Source: Octopus sinensis
Taxonomy: Eukaryota
Length of the DNA: 64,000 nucleotides
Direction of reading: 5' to 3'
Assembly (NCBI RefSeq): GCF_006345805.1
Contig: NC_043004.1
Span: 95,418,001-95,482,000, forward strand
The notes under the pieces are model-generated. The model made no database searches and had not been told where the DNA came from. It saw only the letters and a program-made list of their open reading frames with translations. Position 1 is the stretch's first letter, and the number at the start of each line of letters is the position of its first letter. Made by a program: the position numbers and the translations under genes. Below, one piece after another: positions 13,210 to 25,885 of this stretch.

Positions 13210-14360
13210 CTATCTCGTTAGGTTTTTCTCCGTGTTTCTCTTTTCCTTGATATTTCCTTCGTCTTCCATTTCTTTGCTGTTCCACTGTAATTCGATTGTC
13301 TGTATTTTTTCGTATTCTTGCTTGTCTGTATCTCCATCCGACTGCAATTCTTCACCTTTCTTCAGTATACCTTTGTCATACAACTCCCGGCTCTTTTGCT
13401 CAATTTCCTCATCACTTTGTACTTCCACCTCTCCTTCTGATATCTCTGTTATTGGTTCTTCTACATTTTCTGTTTCTTGTTGCATTTCTTCTTCCATACC
13501 TTTGCACCTTTTTATTTCTGCTGTTGTCGGTGACTTCTTTCTTTCACACTTTCTGCTTTTTGTCTCTTCTAGTCTTTCTTTTTCTGCCAGTTTTTCTTTA
13601 TCTGCCAGTTCTCTTTTCCTTTGTTCTTTCATTATTTCTTCTTGTATTTCTCTTGCTATCTCCTCAACTGATTTAGAATTTTTTATTTTGTGCCTTCTTA
13701 GGCCGCGCCTGTAACACCTGGGTAGTCTTCCCATAAGTATTATATACAGCCTCTCTCCCATCGACATCTCTATCGCTTCGGACACTTCCTCATAATATTC
13801 TGGGGTTACAGCTCCAATTATTTCAATGCCGTAACCCCAGAAATTCCAGCAATCGGTTCTGCTTACCAACTGAATCTCCAATTCTGGGCTTCCTTTTCGC
13901 AGCTTCAAGCCAAAAATGGAGGTACTCTTCCAACTCTAATTTTTATCAATGTCTTCCCTGGGGTGCTAGGCAGTAGCGACCATTTCTTCCCTTCTATCAC
14001 CTGTTTACAAGTTGTCACTGCATCTTCTTCATTTTCCTATATGGCTGCCACTGTCCCGTATCCCTTTCCTCTATTGAGGAAGATTATTTCCTCTTCAATG
14101 CTGCTCTCCATTCTTCTATTTTCGTTCGAAAAAGTTCGAAAAATTACAGTTTTCTTCTCAATTTTCTTCATCTCGTCTCCAGGAATGACTAGTCTTACTT
14201 TTGCTTCTTCAACTTCCACCATACTGCTGTACTTTTTCAATTTCTTTATATCCCATTCCATTTGTTCCTACTTCAGTCCACATGTATTCTTCATCTCCCA
14301 CGTCTTCGCAGCCTCTGCATACGTCTTCATTTCATCTGCTTTCTTCAATCCACCCAACAT
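13210..14360 (-). pseudogene. Decayed LINE ORF1/gag-like protein with a degenerate CCHC zinc knuckle and an acidic, charged C-terminal region
   Basis: GCCACCATG at 14360. MLGGLKKADEMKTYAEAAK...TVIFRTFS...RGKGYGTV...KIRVGRVPPFL, with TAG stops at 14268 and 14037 and a frameshift near 13910. Continues ...GRLPR-CYRRGLRRHKIKNS (13675-13716), which is CX2CX4HX4C with two Cys codons each one base away (CGC, TCT). Confidence 0.7.
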
Positions 14361-14390
14361 GGTGGCTTTGCATCGAATCAGCCTCACTTT

Positions 14391-14414
14391 CTAAAAAACA
14401 CAGAAGAGTTAGTG
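14391..14414 (-). promoter_or_regulatory. Branch point, polypyrimidine tract and 3' splice acceptor about 30 nt upstream of the ORF1 start
   Basis: Minus strand CACTAACTCTTCTGTGTTTTTTAG, with the AG at 14392-14391, then 30 nt to GCCACCATG. Confidence 0.5.
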
Positions 14415-14670
14415 ACGAGTACCGATGGTTGATGAAAACTGGTTCCCGATGCAAATATATATATCCTTTTTCCAGTGACGGAAAGTCACTGATCTCGAGA
14501 AAGTGTAAACATGAAATAATAAATCTCCAAGCGAGGTATAAACTATAGCTGCACGACATCATGAAGTATATTTGCCATTTAAATGTGGCTAACCCTTAAG
14601 GGTGAATGCTACTGTAGCTTGTAGCCCTAGGAGGACACCTCCGCCAGCTGGCTATTGACACACTTTCTGT

Positions 14671-14729
14671 TTGACACACGCTGATGAAGGGTCAATACCC
14701 AGAAACTCGAGTCCGTTTGTATCATGTCA
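14671..14729 (+). ncRNA. Type I hammerhead ribozyme motif, minimal Penelope-type with palindromic stem III
   Basis: ACACACG-CTGATGA-A-GGGT(CAAT)ACCC-A-GAAAC-TCGA-GTC^CGTTTGT. Predicted cut after 14713. It has one extra A before GAAA and one stem I mismatch. The sister copy at about 12640-12695 (minus) has lost the GAAA/stem III block. Confidence 0.75.
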
Positions 14730-14784
14730 CGTTGAAAATGAAAAGGATGGCTTCCCTTTGGAAATATAAATAGGGCACAGAAAA

Positions 14785-15280
14785 AGGGAACTGCAGTCTG
14801 GGAAGTTAGGTGCCCAGATGTCAGGGGTGAGGCAGTTGCAGAAGTTATTTGACAGCCATGACTGGGTTCTCCTGCTTGTGTGGCATGGTGCAGAGTTCTG
14901 TTTCCAGGTATAGGGACTGCCAGTAGCCACCTTCTTGACCCAGGGCAGTACTACCTCCTCCAGGTACTTGATCTAGGCATCCATATTGAGTCTGAGGTCA
15001 TGTGGGAAGATGAATAGAGGCATAAAATCATCATCACTAGTGTTCACTCTACACACTATGATGTTAACTGGATTTTTATCACTCTCGGTACATGTCCGCA
15101 GATTGCATTGTCCTCAGATTGACACCCAAACACATTGAAATGCTCATATTGGAGCTTCCGGCACAATTATCAAGCAGTACAGCATGTCATTTCCAAATTT
15201 CCGGGAGAGTGAATTCTGTCATGGTGCTAATTTTCTCACAGAGGGTGTCCAACAAACCCTGCTATACTGTATAGTTGACA
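14785..15280 (-). mobile_element. Internally deleted Tc1/mariner relic (DD37D/maT-like)
   Basis: Translates MTEFTLPEIWK*HAVLL...PVNII...LEEVVLPWVKKVATGSPYTWKQNSAPCHTSRRTQSWLSNNF...WAPNFPDC. Truncated at the HHR element. Confidence 0.8.
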
Positions 15281-15444
15281 AAATCAAAAACAAACAATAC
15301 ACATGCATGAAATTAAAACTGTAAATTGCACCTTGTATGTATGTATGTATGTATGTATGTATAGATAGAAAGATAGATAGATAGATAGATAGATATATAT
15401 ACAGATATTGATATACATATGAATGTATGCATGTATATATATAT

Positions 15445-15489
<45 letters not shown>

Positions 15490-17324
15490 ATACGTATATG
15501 TATGTAATATACATATATATATATAGACGACTATATATATATACGACTAAATATATACAACTAAATATATATGCATATATATATACACATACATACACAT
15601 TTACATATGTATGACATTTCCATCTTCATTACAATCTGATTTAGTTAACCAACTTACCTAATATCAGCACTTTGCTTACATAAATATCCATATCAGTTTT
15701 ATGACTATCAACCACTAACGACTATATCTACTTTATGACCACTTAATACTGTAGCTAATTGGTTTGTGAAAAATCCATATCAAGCCCTGACATAAATATA
15801 GTGATTTAGTTCTAAATTTGTATATATAACAGCTTTAAAACACTATCTTTATAATCTTATATCGTTATATTAATTCGGCATGTCAGATATCACACAGATG
15901 GTTGCCTCTGATCAAGAATGATCAAACACTGCACAGTTCAACAAACTAGCTGCTGTTGTTGTTGTCATTGTTGATGTTGTTGCTGTTGGTGTCATCACTG
16001 TTGGAGTTGTTGTTTAGCTTCAAATCAGGATGATCTAATACCCCAATGAGAAAATACATTCCAGTGATGATCAACCTGCTTTTTAATAAAGGTCCAAAAA
16101 GCTTAAAGGTTTATCTTAAGCCCTAGAACTCACAAGGCTAGTTCTCAGTTTCCATGGCATACAAGTGACCAAGATCACAACATTCACTCTGATGGACTGA
16201 AACGATGTGAATTGAAGTGTTTTACTCTTATATAATAAATAACAAATATAATTCTGGAGATGTACTTGCATAGCAAGTAACTTGACCTGAGATCGTGTGC
16301 TGGAACAGAAACAATGAAAAAATTGCAGCATGGAAGGTGTTTATAAGCCATTTAAAAACACATAAAAACCATTAGATTCACTTCAACATTTAAATTTAAT
16401 TTGTTGAAATATTTTCGTTGCTTTGAAGCCATGAACTGTTTTAAGATAGGGTGGGTGTAATTTGATAGAACTATGACTGTCATTTCTGGTCCCTTGCATG
16501 TATGCATGCACATATGTATGTATGTATGCATGCATACATACATACATACATATCTATGTATGTACATAAGTACAAATCTGCAGATGCATTAACTCCGAAT
16601 ACTGCACATATACATACATACAAAAATATTCTGTTGATGTTGAAATTCCAATGAAGGAGCCTTAGATCCAGATTAGAAACCAACTCCTTCTCTATTGGCA
16701 AGAAATCTTTAAATAAAAGTGAACAAGAGCATTCAAAGAATGCAAGCCTCTGCCAAGGCAACACCAACATCCTCTCCACGATTAGCCAGAGATGATTTTT
16801 AAAATGAGAATATCTGAAATAAACTCGACTCCTCTCACAAACAAGAATACTAAAAATGAACCCAACTGCTCTGAAAATTTAAATAAAATAAGCAAGAAAA
16901 ATAATCCAGAATCCTTATCCGGTACCGGATCGATCACAAAATCTAATCAGTTCATGCTAGTTATGAGGCCAAAAATCCCTGAAAGTTTCATCTGAATCTA
17001 TTCAGCAGTTCTTGAGATATCTTTTCCATAAACAAACAAACAAATGTGACTGAAACAATACCTCTGCCTTTGCTAAGGTGGAGGTAATAATGACATACAT
17101 ACATACATAGGTGGCTGCCCCCTCGTTATCGAGTATGGCCATTGCACGAAGCTTAATCAATGTTGTTAGCATGCAATGCCTGTGCAAGAAGATTTTTTTT
17201 AAAGTGAGGAAAGGCTGTGTACTGAGTCAAACCCACTCACTAAGCAACAGCAGCCATAATCCAAAAAGAAGAACAAGCCAACATCATCAGTAACCACTGA
17301 GCCACAGGTTTTATGTCAGAGTTA

Positions 17325-17610
17325 TCCCAGTTACCTGAGTTACCTTCTCCTAGAAGGATGCCCTAACAAAGGCTAAGAGTCCTTCACTCCCAATGGTATA
17401 ACCGCGCAATCGGGTATTCAGTCCGATTTTTTCTATGCCCCCGCGCATGATCCAGCCTTAACACATTTATTGGATGGCCGTTGACTCTCAAGAGTACCTC
17501 CGCCCTTTGACCTGTTTTGATTTTCATCCCGCAGGGTGTCCAATAAACACCCTCTTCACCAAGCAAGCTTTGTGGGGTTGCTGGTTTAGTCGCCGATGAC
17601 CCGACCATGC
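17325..17610 (-). mobile_element. Probable LINE (RTE-like) 5' UTR fragment
   Basis: GC-richer non-coding island ending ...GGGCATCCTTCTAGGAGAAGGTAACTC, resembling RTE 5' regions as I recall them. No ORF support. Confidence 0.3.
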
Positions 17611-18667
17611 AACATACATACATACATACATACACACATACATACATACATAAATACATACATACATACATACATACATACATACATACATACATACATA
17701 CATACATGCTATGGACATTTTAGCTTCTCTGTAAAAAATCCATGCATAAAGCTTTATTCAGTCTAGCTTATAGTAGAAGACACCTGTACAAAAGGATGCA
17801 CAATGGGTCTGAACTAAGAATTACATGGTTATGAAACTAACTTCTTAATCACAGAGTTACATTTATGCTCATGTGTATTTGTAGGTGCACATATGTAAAT
17901 ATAGAAGGATGGGTAGATAGACAGACACATCTCATAAGATATATGATATCTCTATGAACTTCCAACTTACTGACTAAAACATGACACAATATCTATCTAC
18001 ATATAAATAAATATACACTGGCAGAATGAAACATTCGTCGGATGTCTTCTATGTATTAAAAAAACATACTGCACTCATTGCTGATACAGTCCACTAACCA
18101 ATAGAACTAGTTTCAATATCGTAAAAAAAATTATCAACCTCTAAACTCTATACTGCCCAGTATTATAATTTTGTTAAAGGTTTTCGCATAGATCAAATTC
18201 TTACAGAGTTTTGCATCATCAATTTAAAAAAAAATATGGATAAAATAAAGAGCAATGTAGTGAAGTGTGAATGAGTCACAACTTTATTTGATTTCAAAAT
18301 CTTATCGACCGGATTCGAATACTGTACGAGTATACTGACTTTTTCTTTTAATGTTGTTTACAGGTGATGAGAGAGAGACAGAGACAGAGAGACAGAGACA
18401 GAGAGGGAAAGAAAAAGAGAGACATGGTAAGGTAAGATATGTGATTGGTGCAGCAATAATGATAAAAGTGGTGGGTGTTGGTACTGCAGTTTTCTGATAT
18501 GTGAATATGTGAATTATTAGGTGTCTTTATTAGATGCATGTGCATATGCATATATATATATACATATATTATATATATGTGTGTGTGTGTATATGTATAT
18601 GTGTGTGTGTGTATACATATATATAATATATATGCATCTATATGTACATACATATATGTATATGTAA

Positions 18668-18717
<50 letters not shown>

Positions 18718-18845
18718 ATATATATATATATATTTACGCACATGTATATATGCACTTATATTTACTTATATTAGCACATAAATATGTGTCTATTTATATT
18801 TAATCACATACACGCATACAACATTATATACTATATATACATATA

Positions 18846-18904
<59 letters not shown>

Positions 18905-19076
18905 GTATGTGTATGTACATTTTTATACACATGTATATATGTTCATATATAAGATATATACATACACACACACACATACATATGCATATACATATATATA
19001 CATATATATATAAATGTGTGTGTGTGCACATACATGTATGCATACATACATACATTACATACATTCATACACACAC

Positions 19077-19112
<36 letters not shown>

Positions 19113-19433
19113 TTGCATGTATGTATGATGTACATGTATACTTGTGCATATAGCTATGCATGTGCACATGTATGAACTGATATATATAAATATGTATTTA
19201 CATTTCTTATGTGTATATGTCTTATGGCATGTTTTGCAATCTGATACATTTGTAATAGCTCCATTTTTAATGCTGTGCACTTTATTCATTATATACACTA
19301 ATATATACATCAGAAGGTATTTTTGATTTGCATCTTCAGAATTACATTTATCAATGCATATAATACACACATATGTGTGTGTATGTATATATACATGTAT
19401 ATATATATCTAATATATATATATATATATGGTG

Positions 19434-19519
<86 letters not shown>

Positions 19520-19763
19520 TATATAATATATCTAATATATATATATATATATGCATGCATGTTGTATCTCTCTCTGTCTCTCTCTCTCTCTATATATATA
19601 TATGCATGTAGCACATGCATGTATATATATATATATATATGCATGTATGTATGTCTATATATATATATATATGTATGTATGAATATGTTGATGTGTATAT
19701 GCACACACACACATATAAACACATTCATATATATATTTAAGTGTATGTGTGTGTACATACACA

Positions 19764-19796
<33 letters not shown>

Positions 19797-20095
19797 TGAT
19801 ACATATGTGTGTATGTGTGTATGTACCTGTGTATATATGTGTGGGTTTGCATACATATGTTTGAAGGTAAGAACAAGTTAAAGAAATGTATATAATAGAT
19901 ACATCATCAAATGCAAAAATATATATGCTTACATATTAATATATACACAAACACACGTACATATATACATGTGTATGCCTATGTATGTGTGTGTATGTGT
20001 GTGTTTATAAATAAATGTGTGTCTATATGAGTGTAGTTGTTTAAAGATTTAATTTTCAACACATTGTAATTTATATATGTATGCGTGTATATATG

Positions 20096-20186
<91 letters not shown>

Positions 20187-20472
20187 CATATATATGCACA
20201 CACACACATGTGTGCATATATTTGGTTTTAAGTTATAAATTTGTGTGGTTTAGTGTGGAGGTAGTGCTGATCTTTATTTACTGAGAATATGTTTGATTAT
20301 ATCCTTAATCGCAGAGGATGATATATTTGCTTGTGTATGGAGTTAAATAAATACACGACTTTATATGTGTATATATATATGTGTGTGTGTGTGCTTGTGT
20401 ATATATGAATGTACACATGAGTTTATATAGACATACATATAAGTATATATATATATATATATATATACATAC

Positions 20473-20506
<34 letters not shown>

Positions 20507-20957
20507 GGAGGGAGAGAGAGAGAAATGGCGAGAGAGAGAGAGAGAGAGAGAAATGGCGAGAGAGAGAGAGAGAGAGAGAAATGGCGAGAGAGAGAGATGT
20601 AGGCGAGATTTATACATACATGTATATATTTTTCCTTAGACACACATAAAATCGTGCATATATATTTAAATATATGTGTGCATGTGTGCAAGTGTGTATG
20701 CATGTGAGTATACATACAAATATGAGCTTAGAGAAATAACTCAAAATGGCCAGTAGCATGTAGTTGAAGAACATAGAGAAATACAGGTATATCAAATACC
20801 ATACACCAAAAGTTATATGAGTCTTTAGCGCAATGATACTCAACTGGGTTCATTATGACCCCTGGGGGTTTATATAAGGTTTTGGGGTCCACACAAGCAC
20901 ATAGTAAACTGGGGATGCACAGTTGTATTTTAAATGTCTATATGAGTGTAGGATATA

Positions 20958-21372
20958 AGGTGCAGGAGTGGCTGTGTGGTAAGTAGCTTGTTTACCAACC
21001 ACATGGTTCCGGGTTCAGTCCCACTGCATGGCACCTTGGGCAAGTGTCTTCTACTATAGCCTCGGGCCGACCAAAGCCTTGTGAGTGGATTTGGTAGACA
21101 GAAACTGAAAGAAGCCCGTCATATATATGCATATATATATATATATGTGTGTGTGTGTTTGTGTGTCTGTGTTTGTTCCCCTAGCATTGCTTGACAACTG
21201 ATACTGGTGTGTTTATGTCCCCGTTATTTAGCGGTTCGGCAAAAAGAGACCGATAGAATAAGTACTGGGCTTACAAAAGAATAAGTCCCGGGGTCGAGTT
21301 GCTCGATTAAAAGGCGGTGCTCCAGCATGGCCGCAGTCAAAATGACTGAAACAAGTAAAAGAGTAAAAGAGA
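20958..21372 (+). mobile_element. SINE family A, full length
   Basis: AGGTGCAGGAGTGGCTGTGTGGTAAG head through the GTAAAAGAGTAAAAGAG tail. Confidence 0.9.
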
Positions 21373-21654
21373 GTATGAGGATGATGATGGATTCCAATAT
21401 TTTAAATCTAAGTTTGTCCCCATTAATAGGGGTGACTGAATCTACCTCATTCATACCAGCAACTGCTCTTGATTTAAATGTATCGATCGCAAGAAACTGC
21501 TTGGTTTCTTTCTCTAACATTTTACATAGTTCGACCTATGCAGGTCAATATGTGAATAGCAAAATAGGTATTTTGAAAGAAATATCTATAAAACTAGTTT
21601 GTAAACATCGAACGGCTAAAGGAAGAGGGGAGCTGTAAATGTGGAGCTCAGTCA

Positions 21655-21900
21655 AGAGCTGTATTTTGAGAAGTTGAAACTTGCGTATGTTTTACAGGTT
21701 ATGTAAATGCTTGAAGGGGTTCGTCTAGTGATTCTGGGCAGGAGAATACCTTTCAGCATTTTGATTTCCAAGCTTTCTAGCAGGCTCAAGCTGCACTGTT
21801 TTCCACTTTGGGAATGAGAGCTAGCTCTGAAAACTAATTTTCTACTGGGGGTTTAAAATACAGATTTGGTTTTGCTTTACAGGTGGTAGAGTAAAATAAT
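21655..21900. repeat. Unclassified diverged repeat, with a second same-orientation copy at about 26090-26330
   Basis: GTATTTTGAGAAGTTGAAACTTG...GAGCTAGCTCTGAAAACT is shared by both copies. The minus frame (RKLGNCNVERYFLAQNHQTNSFKRL) looks like decayed TE coding sequence. Confidence 0.6.
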
Positions 21901-22439
21901 AATCAAAGGGAATCATAAGTCCAAAAAAAATGGTTTGGAAATCTTCTCTAGAGGATGTGTTATATTTGTTAAATAGTAATGAAAGGCAGATCCAGAATGT
22001 GAAGGAAGAGATTATCTGCCAAAGTTGAAATGTTCTTAAGGACAGGACAGGCTTATTGCCTGGAGGTAAGAGGACAGCCATGAATTCTGTCACTTTACTT
22101 CAGAGAATTCTTGATTTTTGAGATTATCTCCCCTTTTCATGTCAAATATGTTGTTGATTTTGTCCACATTACTTAAAATTTCATAGATTCAATCAGTCAA
22201 CCTTTGACATAGTTGAACAACCAATCTCAACCAATTGAGATTCACAGTACAAGTTGTACTATGCATCCTTTCAGCCACTGAATACAAAACATGTTAAGGG
22301 TCAGATGGTGACTCGTGAAAATCTCCTAAACAGAATGGCAAGCAGGGTCCACCAGAGTAAACTACTTGTCAAAGGGATCCATAGTTAAAGAAAAATGGTT
22401 GAGAACCCTGATCTAGAGGTTGTGTTATAAATGCTAAAT

Positions 22440-25400
22440 AGCAATGAAATGTTTGGGTGAAGAGAGCTTTCATTACAGAGTTTAAAAAAGTAGACAGAAA
22501 GAAACTTAATGAATGGGTCAGGAAGATAAATGATATCACTGGTGATATCAGGACTGACAACATCACAGACACTAACAATCTGATAAATGCAATCTCGATC
22601 TTTATAGCCCGGAAGTTAGGTTTGAAAGCCAAAGGTAACTGTCAACATAGCCTGAAGAAACTATGGTGGAAAAGGGGAATAACGCAGTCTATTAACGAGA
22701 CCAGAAAGCATGTTAATATTCTGGAATGGAAAAAGAGAAATGAAGTCCAGCGAGAGAAATATGTTGAGCTAGAGAGGAAGTATAGGGTGAAGAGAAAAGG
22801 AATCAATGTTGTGATTTGAGAATTAAAACTGATGTTGAAGGCTAAAGCACATAAACTAAAGAGATATGAACAGGGGATTGAGCAGTACAGATTAAACAGA
22901 TTTTTCGAACAAAATCAGAAACGAGTCTATCAGGAATTTGATAGGAATGAAAAAGGTGGAAAAGCCATACCGGATGCTGAAGAAAGTAAAAGATTCTGAT
23001 CAAACATATGCTCTCAGGAGAAACAACACGAAACTGAAGCAGAGTCGTTAAAGACACTCAAAGAGAAGAGTGTAGAGTATCAGCAGGGGGAATTGAGAAT
23101 AACCGAGGGGATGAGTAGAGATCAGTGCAGGAAAATTCCTAACTGGAAAGTGCCTATCCCAGATGGGGTTCTGGGCTTTTGGCTTAAAAACTTGACAGCT
23201 CTGCTCAGGAGAAATGCGAGACATCTGGACAAAATACTGAATAGTGACATTCAAGTACTGGCCTGGATGACAAAAGGAAGAACGCTACTATGCCAGAAGG
23301 ACCCAAGTAAAGGGAATGCGGTTGGAAATTTCCGACCAATATCTTGTTTGCCACTGATGTGGAAACTGATGACGGACATTATATCAAATAGTATCTATAA
23401 GTACCAAGATGAGAACGATCTACCACCAGTGGAACAAAAAGGGTGTAGACGTAAGAGTAGAAGAACGAAGGATCAATTACTAACCGATGGGACTATCCTG
23501 ACAGATTGCAAGAAGAGACACAAAAATTTAACGATGGCATGGATAGATACAGGAACGCATATGACATGGTCCCACACTCTTGGATTATTGAATGCCTTAA
23601 ACTACTTAAGGTCTTACACAATATCCTGAAGCTAATGCAAAACTCAATGACAACGTAGCGAACTGAACTCAAAGCATGGGGGGATTAGCTAGGAGAGGTA
23701 AATATCAAAAGAGGAATATTTCAAGGAGACAGTCTGTCACCTCTCCTTTTTATCGTCTGCATTCTGCCGCTGACGAGTGTTTGAAGAAAGATGCATGTGG
23801 GATACATGATTAGGCAGGATGAAAGTAAGCAACCTGCGGTTTATTGATGACCTAAAACTATTCGCTAAGACCGAGAAAGAAATTGAGAGTTTCACGGCAA
23901 CTGTGCAGAGGATTAGCATAAATATTGGCATGGAATTTGGGATCAAGAAATGTGGTGTAGTGGTTCTCAAAAGGGGGAAATTCAGTAAAAGTCATGGGAT
24001 CAAGCTGGGAAGTGGTGAAACTATAAGGGAAGTCGAAGAGGAAGGATATTAGTACCTGGGTATCATTGAAAGAGATAAGAGGAATGAACACAAAATGAAA
24101 GAAATGTACGGGAAAGAGCATTTGAGCAGAACTCAGCTTGTGCTTTAATTGAAGCTTAAATGGCCGCTATAAGATCAGTGCAATTAACACGTGGGTTGTT
24201 GCTTTGATGAGATATGTAACAGGAATAGTATCTTAGTATGTGACAGAATAGTACCTTAGAAAGACCGGAGAACACGTACGAGGGGCGTTCAATAAGTAAT
24301 GCCCCTGACCCACTTCCCATAGCAGTAGAGCAACGACACTTGGCACAGTTATTAGTCTTTTCCTACATAGGAACTACCCAGAGTTATGCATTTCTCCCAT
24401 CGTTTGATACAGCTCTGGAGACCGTTTTTGTAGAAGACCCCAGCTTGGTCCTCCAACCACGACGTGACTTCAGAAATCAAGGCTGCATCATCTGGGAAAG
24501 GCTTTCCTTTCAAAATCAACTTCATGGCTGGGAAGAGGTGAAAATCAGAGGGTGCAAGGGGAGGAGTTCATAGCTGCACGCCTGTGCTTCTGATCTGGCG
24601 ACACGCGAGTTGTGGACCGGAGCGTTGTCCTGCAGGAGGAGGATGCCTTTGCTGATCTTGCCCCGCCTCTTGATTTTGATAGCTTCTCTTAATTTCCTCA
24701 AAAGTGAAGCATAATAGGCTCCTGTAATTGTGGTACCCTTTGCCAGGAAATCTGTCATCACTACTCCGTCCTGGTCCCAGAAGACTGTGAGCATGACCTT
24801 GTCAGCGGAGGGCTGCACCCTTGCCTTCTTTGGAGGAGGTGAGTCACGGTGCTTTCACTGCATTGACTGGGCTTTGGTCTATGGATCATAGTGATGGACC
24901 CAGGTTTTATCCTGTGTGATCAGTCTTTTGAAAAATTTTGACTCATCTTCTTGGCACATCTCCAAATTCATCCTCGAGCACTCAACGCGTTCTTGCTTCT
25001 GGAAAGGTGTGAGCAACCTGGAAATCCATCTGGCAGACACCTTTTGCATATGCAAATGGTCATGAATGATAGTTTCCACAGACCCGGTACTAATCTTGAC
25101 CTTATGGGCTATTTGGCGAATAGTTATGCGTTGACCTTCCAAAATGGCAGCCTCAACTTGACGGACAGACGTCTCATCAACGGCAGAAGGGGGCGACCAG
25201 ATCTGGGAGCTGTTTCCACAGAGTTCCGACTATGTTTGAATTCACAATGCCAGCGTTTTACAAGGTCATATGATGGGGCATCATCACCATAAGTTACTTT
25301 CATTTCATCAAAAGTCTCCCGTGGTGTGCGTCCTTTCAAATACAAAAACCAGATCACTGCTCGACACTCAACAGGCTCTATTTCACACTTGACTCAGTTC

Positions 25401-25885
25401 AAACACCTGTAAATCAGAAACCACAATTAGTTCAGAGCTGTAATTCGCCACTTAATCTATAGAGGTATAAATAAGTGCACATGCAAAATTTCAGCTAGAT
25501 CTAACAAATGCAAGTGGGTCAGAGGCATTACTTATTGAACGCCCCTCGTAAATTACTGACAATGAACAAGGAACTACACCCCAAGAGTGATGTGTCAAGA
25601 TTGTATGTAAAGAGGGGGAGGACGGGGAATTAGTGTGTTGTAAAGGTTATGTAAAGGAAGAGGAGAATAGCCTGGCTTGGTATGTCAAGGGGAGTAAAGG
25701 ATAAATTTTTGAAGCAGTGAAAATGCAGGGAACCTTAAAAGTGAATGAAGCCGTAGATCCAATACAATTTAGGAAAGACCAGAGAGAGCAGATGAAGAAA
25801 ATTTGGCAGGACAAGAAAATGCAGTCAGTTCTTGATTAATAAAGATGAGATTGATTGGAATAGAATCTGGCAATGTGTAAGCAGA
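22440..25885 (+). mobile_element. Decayed R4/Dong-clade non-LTR retrotransposon (RT region), interrupted by a mariner
   Basis: Motifs NFRPISCLPLMWKL, PVEQKGCRRKSRRTKDQLL, GIFQGDSLSPL and LRFIDDLKLF. After the mariner it resumes KLLTMNKELHPKSDVSRLYV. Many stops and frameshifts. Confidence 0.88.
24279..25548 (-). mobile_element. Full-length mariner (DD34D) transposon with a defective transposase (about 25381-24352)
   Basis: 37 bp TIRs CGAGGGGCGTTCAATAAGTAATGCC(C/T)CTGACCCACTT with 1 mismatch, and TA TSDs at 24277 and 25549. Motifs TQDKTWVHHYDP, LLLQDNAPVH, LAPSDFHLF. Start codon is ATA, the HPPYSPD motif is deleted, and there are frameshifts. Confidence 0.95.

Larger units (their letters stand above)
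12480..14783 (-). mobile_element. Putative non-autonomous Penelope-like/retrozyme-like element with HHR-bearing pseudo-LTRs flanking a gag/ORF1-like gene
   Basis: 109 bp direct repeat at 12480-12588 and 14562-14670 (period 2082 bp). 14671-14783 is an inverted copy of about 12582-12695 and contains an HHR. A (TA)n array abuts the 3' end. One decayed ORF lies inside, with no RT. Confidence 0.75.

Noticed and set aside
16620-16995. Non-repetitive ORFs (RLAFFECSCSLLFKDFLPIEKELVSNLDLRLLHWNF)
   Set aside because: No recognisable domain or convincing splice pair.
17325-17610. Possible HDV-like ribozyme in the putative RTE 5' UTR (GGTCGGG could pair with CCCGATT)
   Set aside because: I could not find a P3/L3 with the required motif or a P2 pairing.
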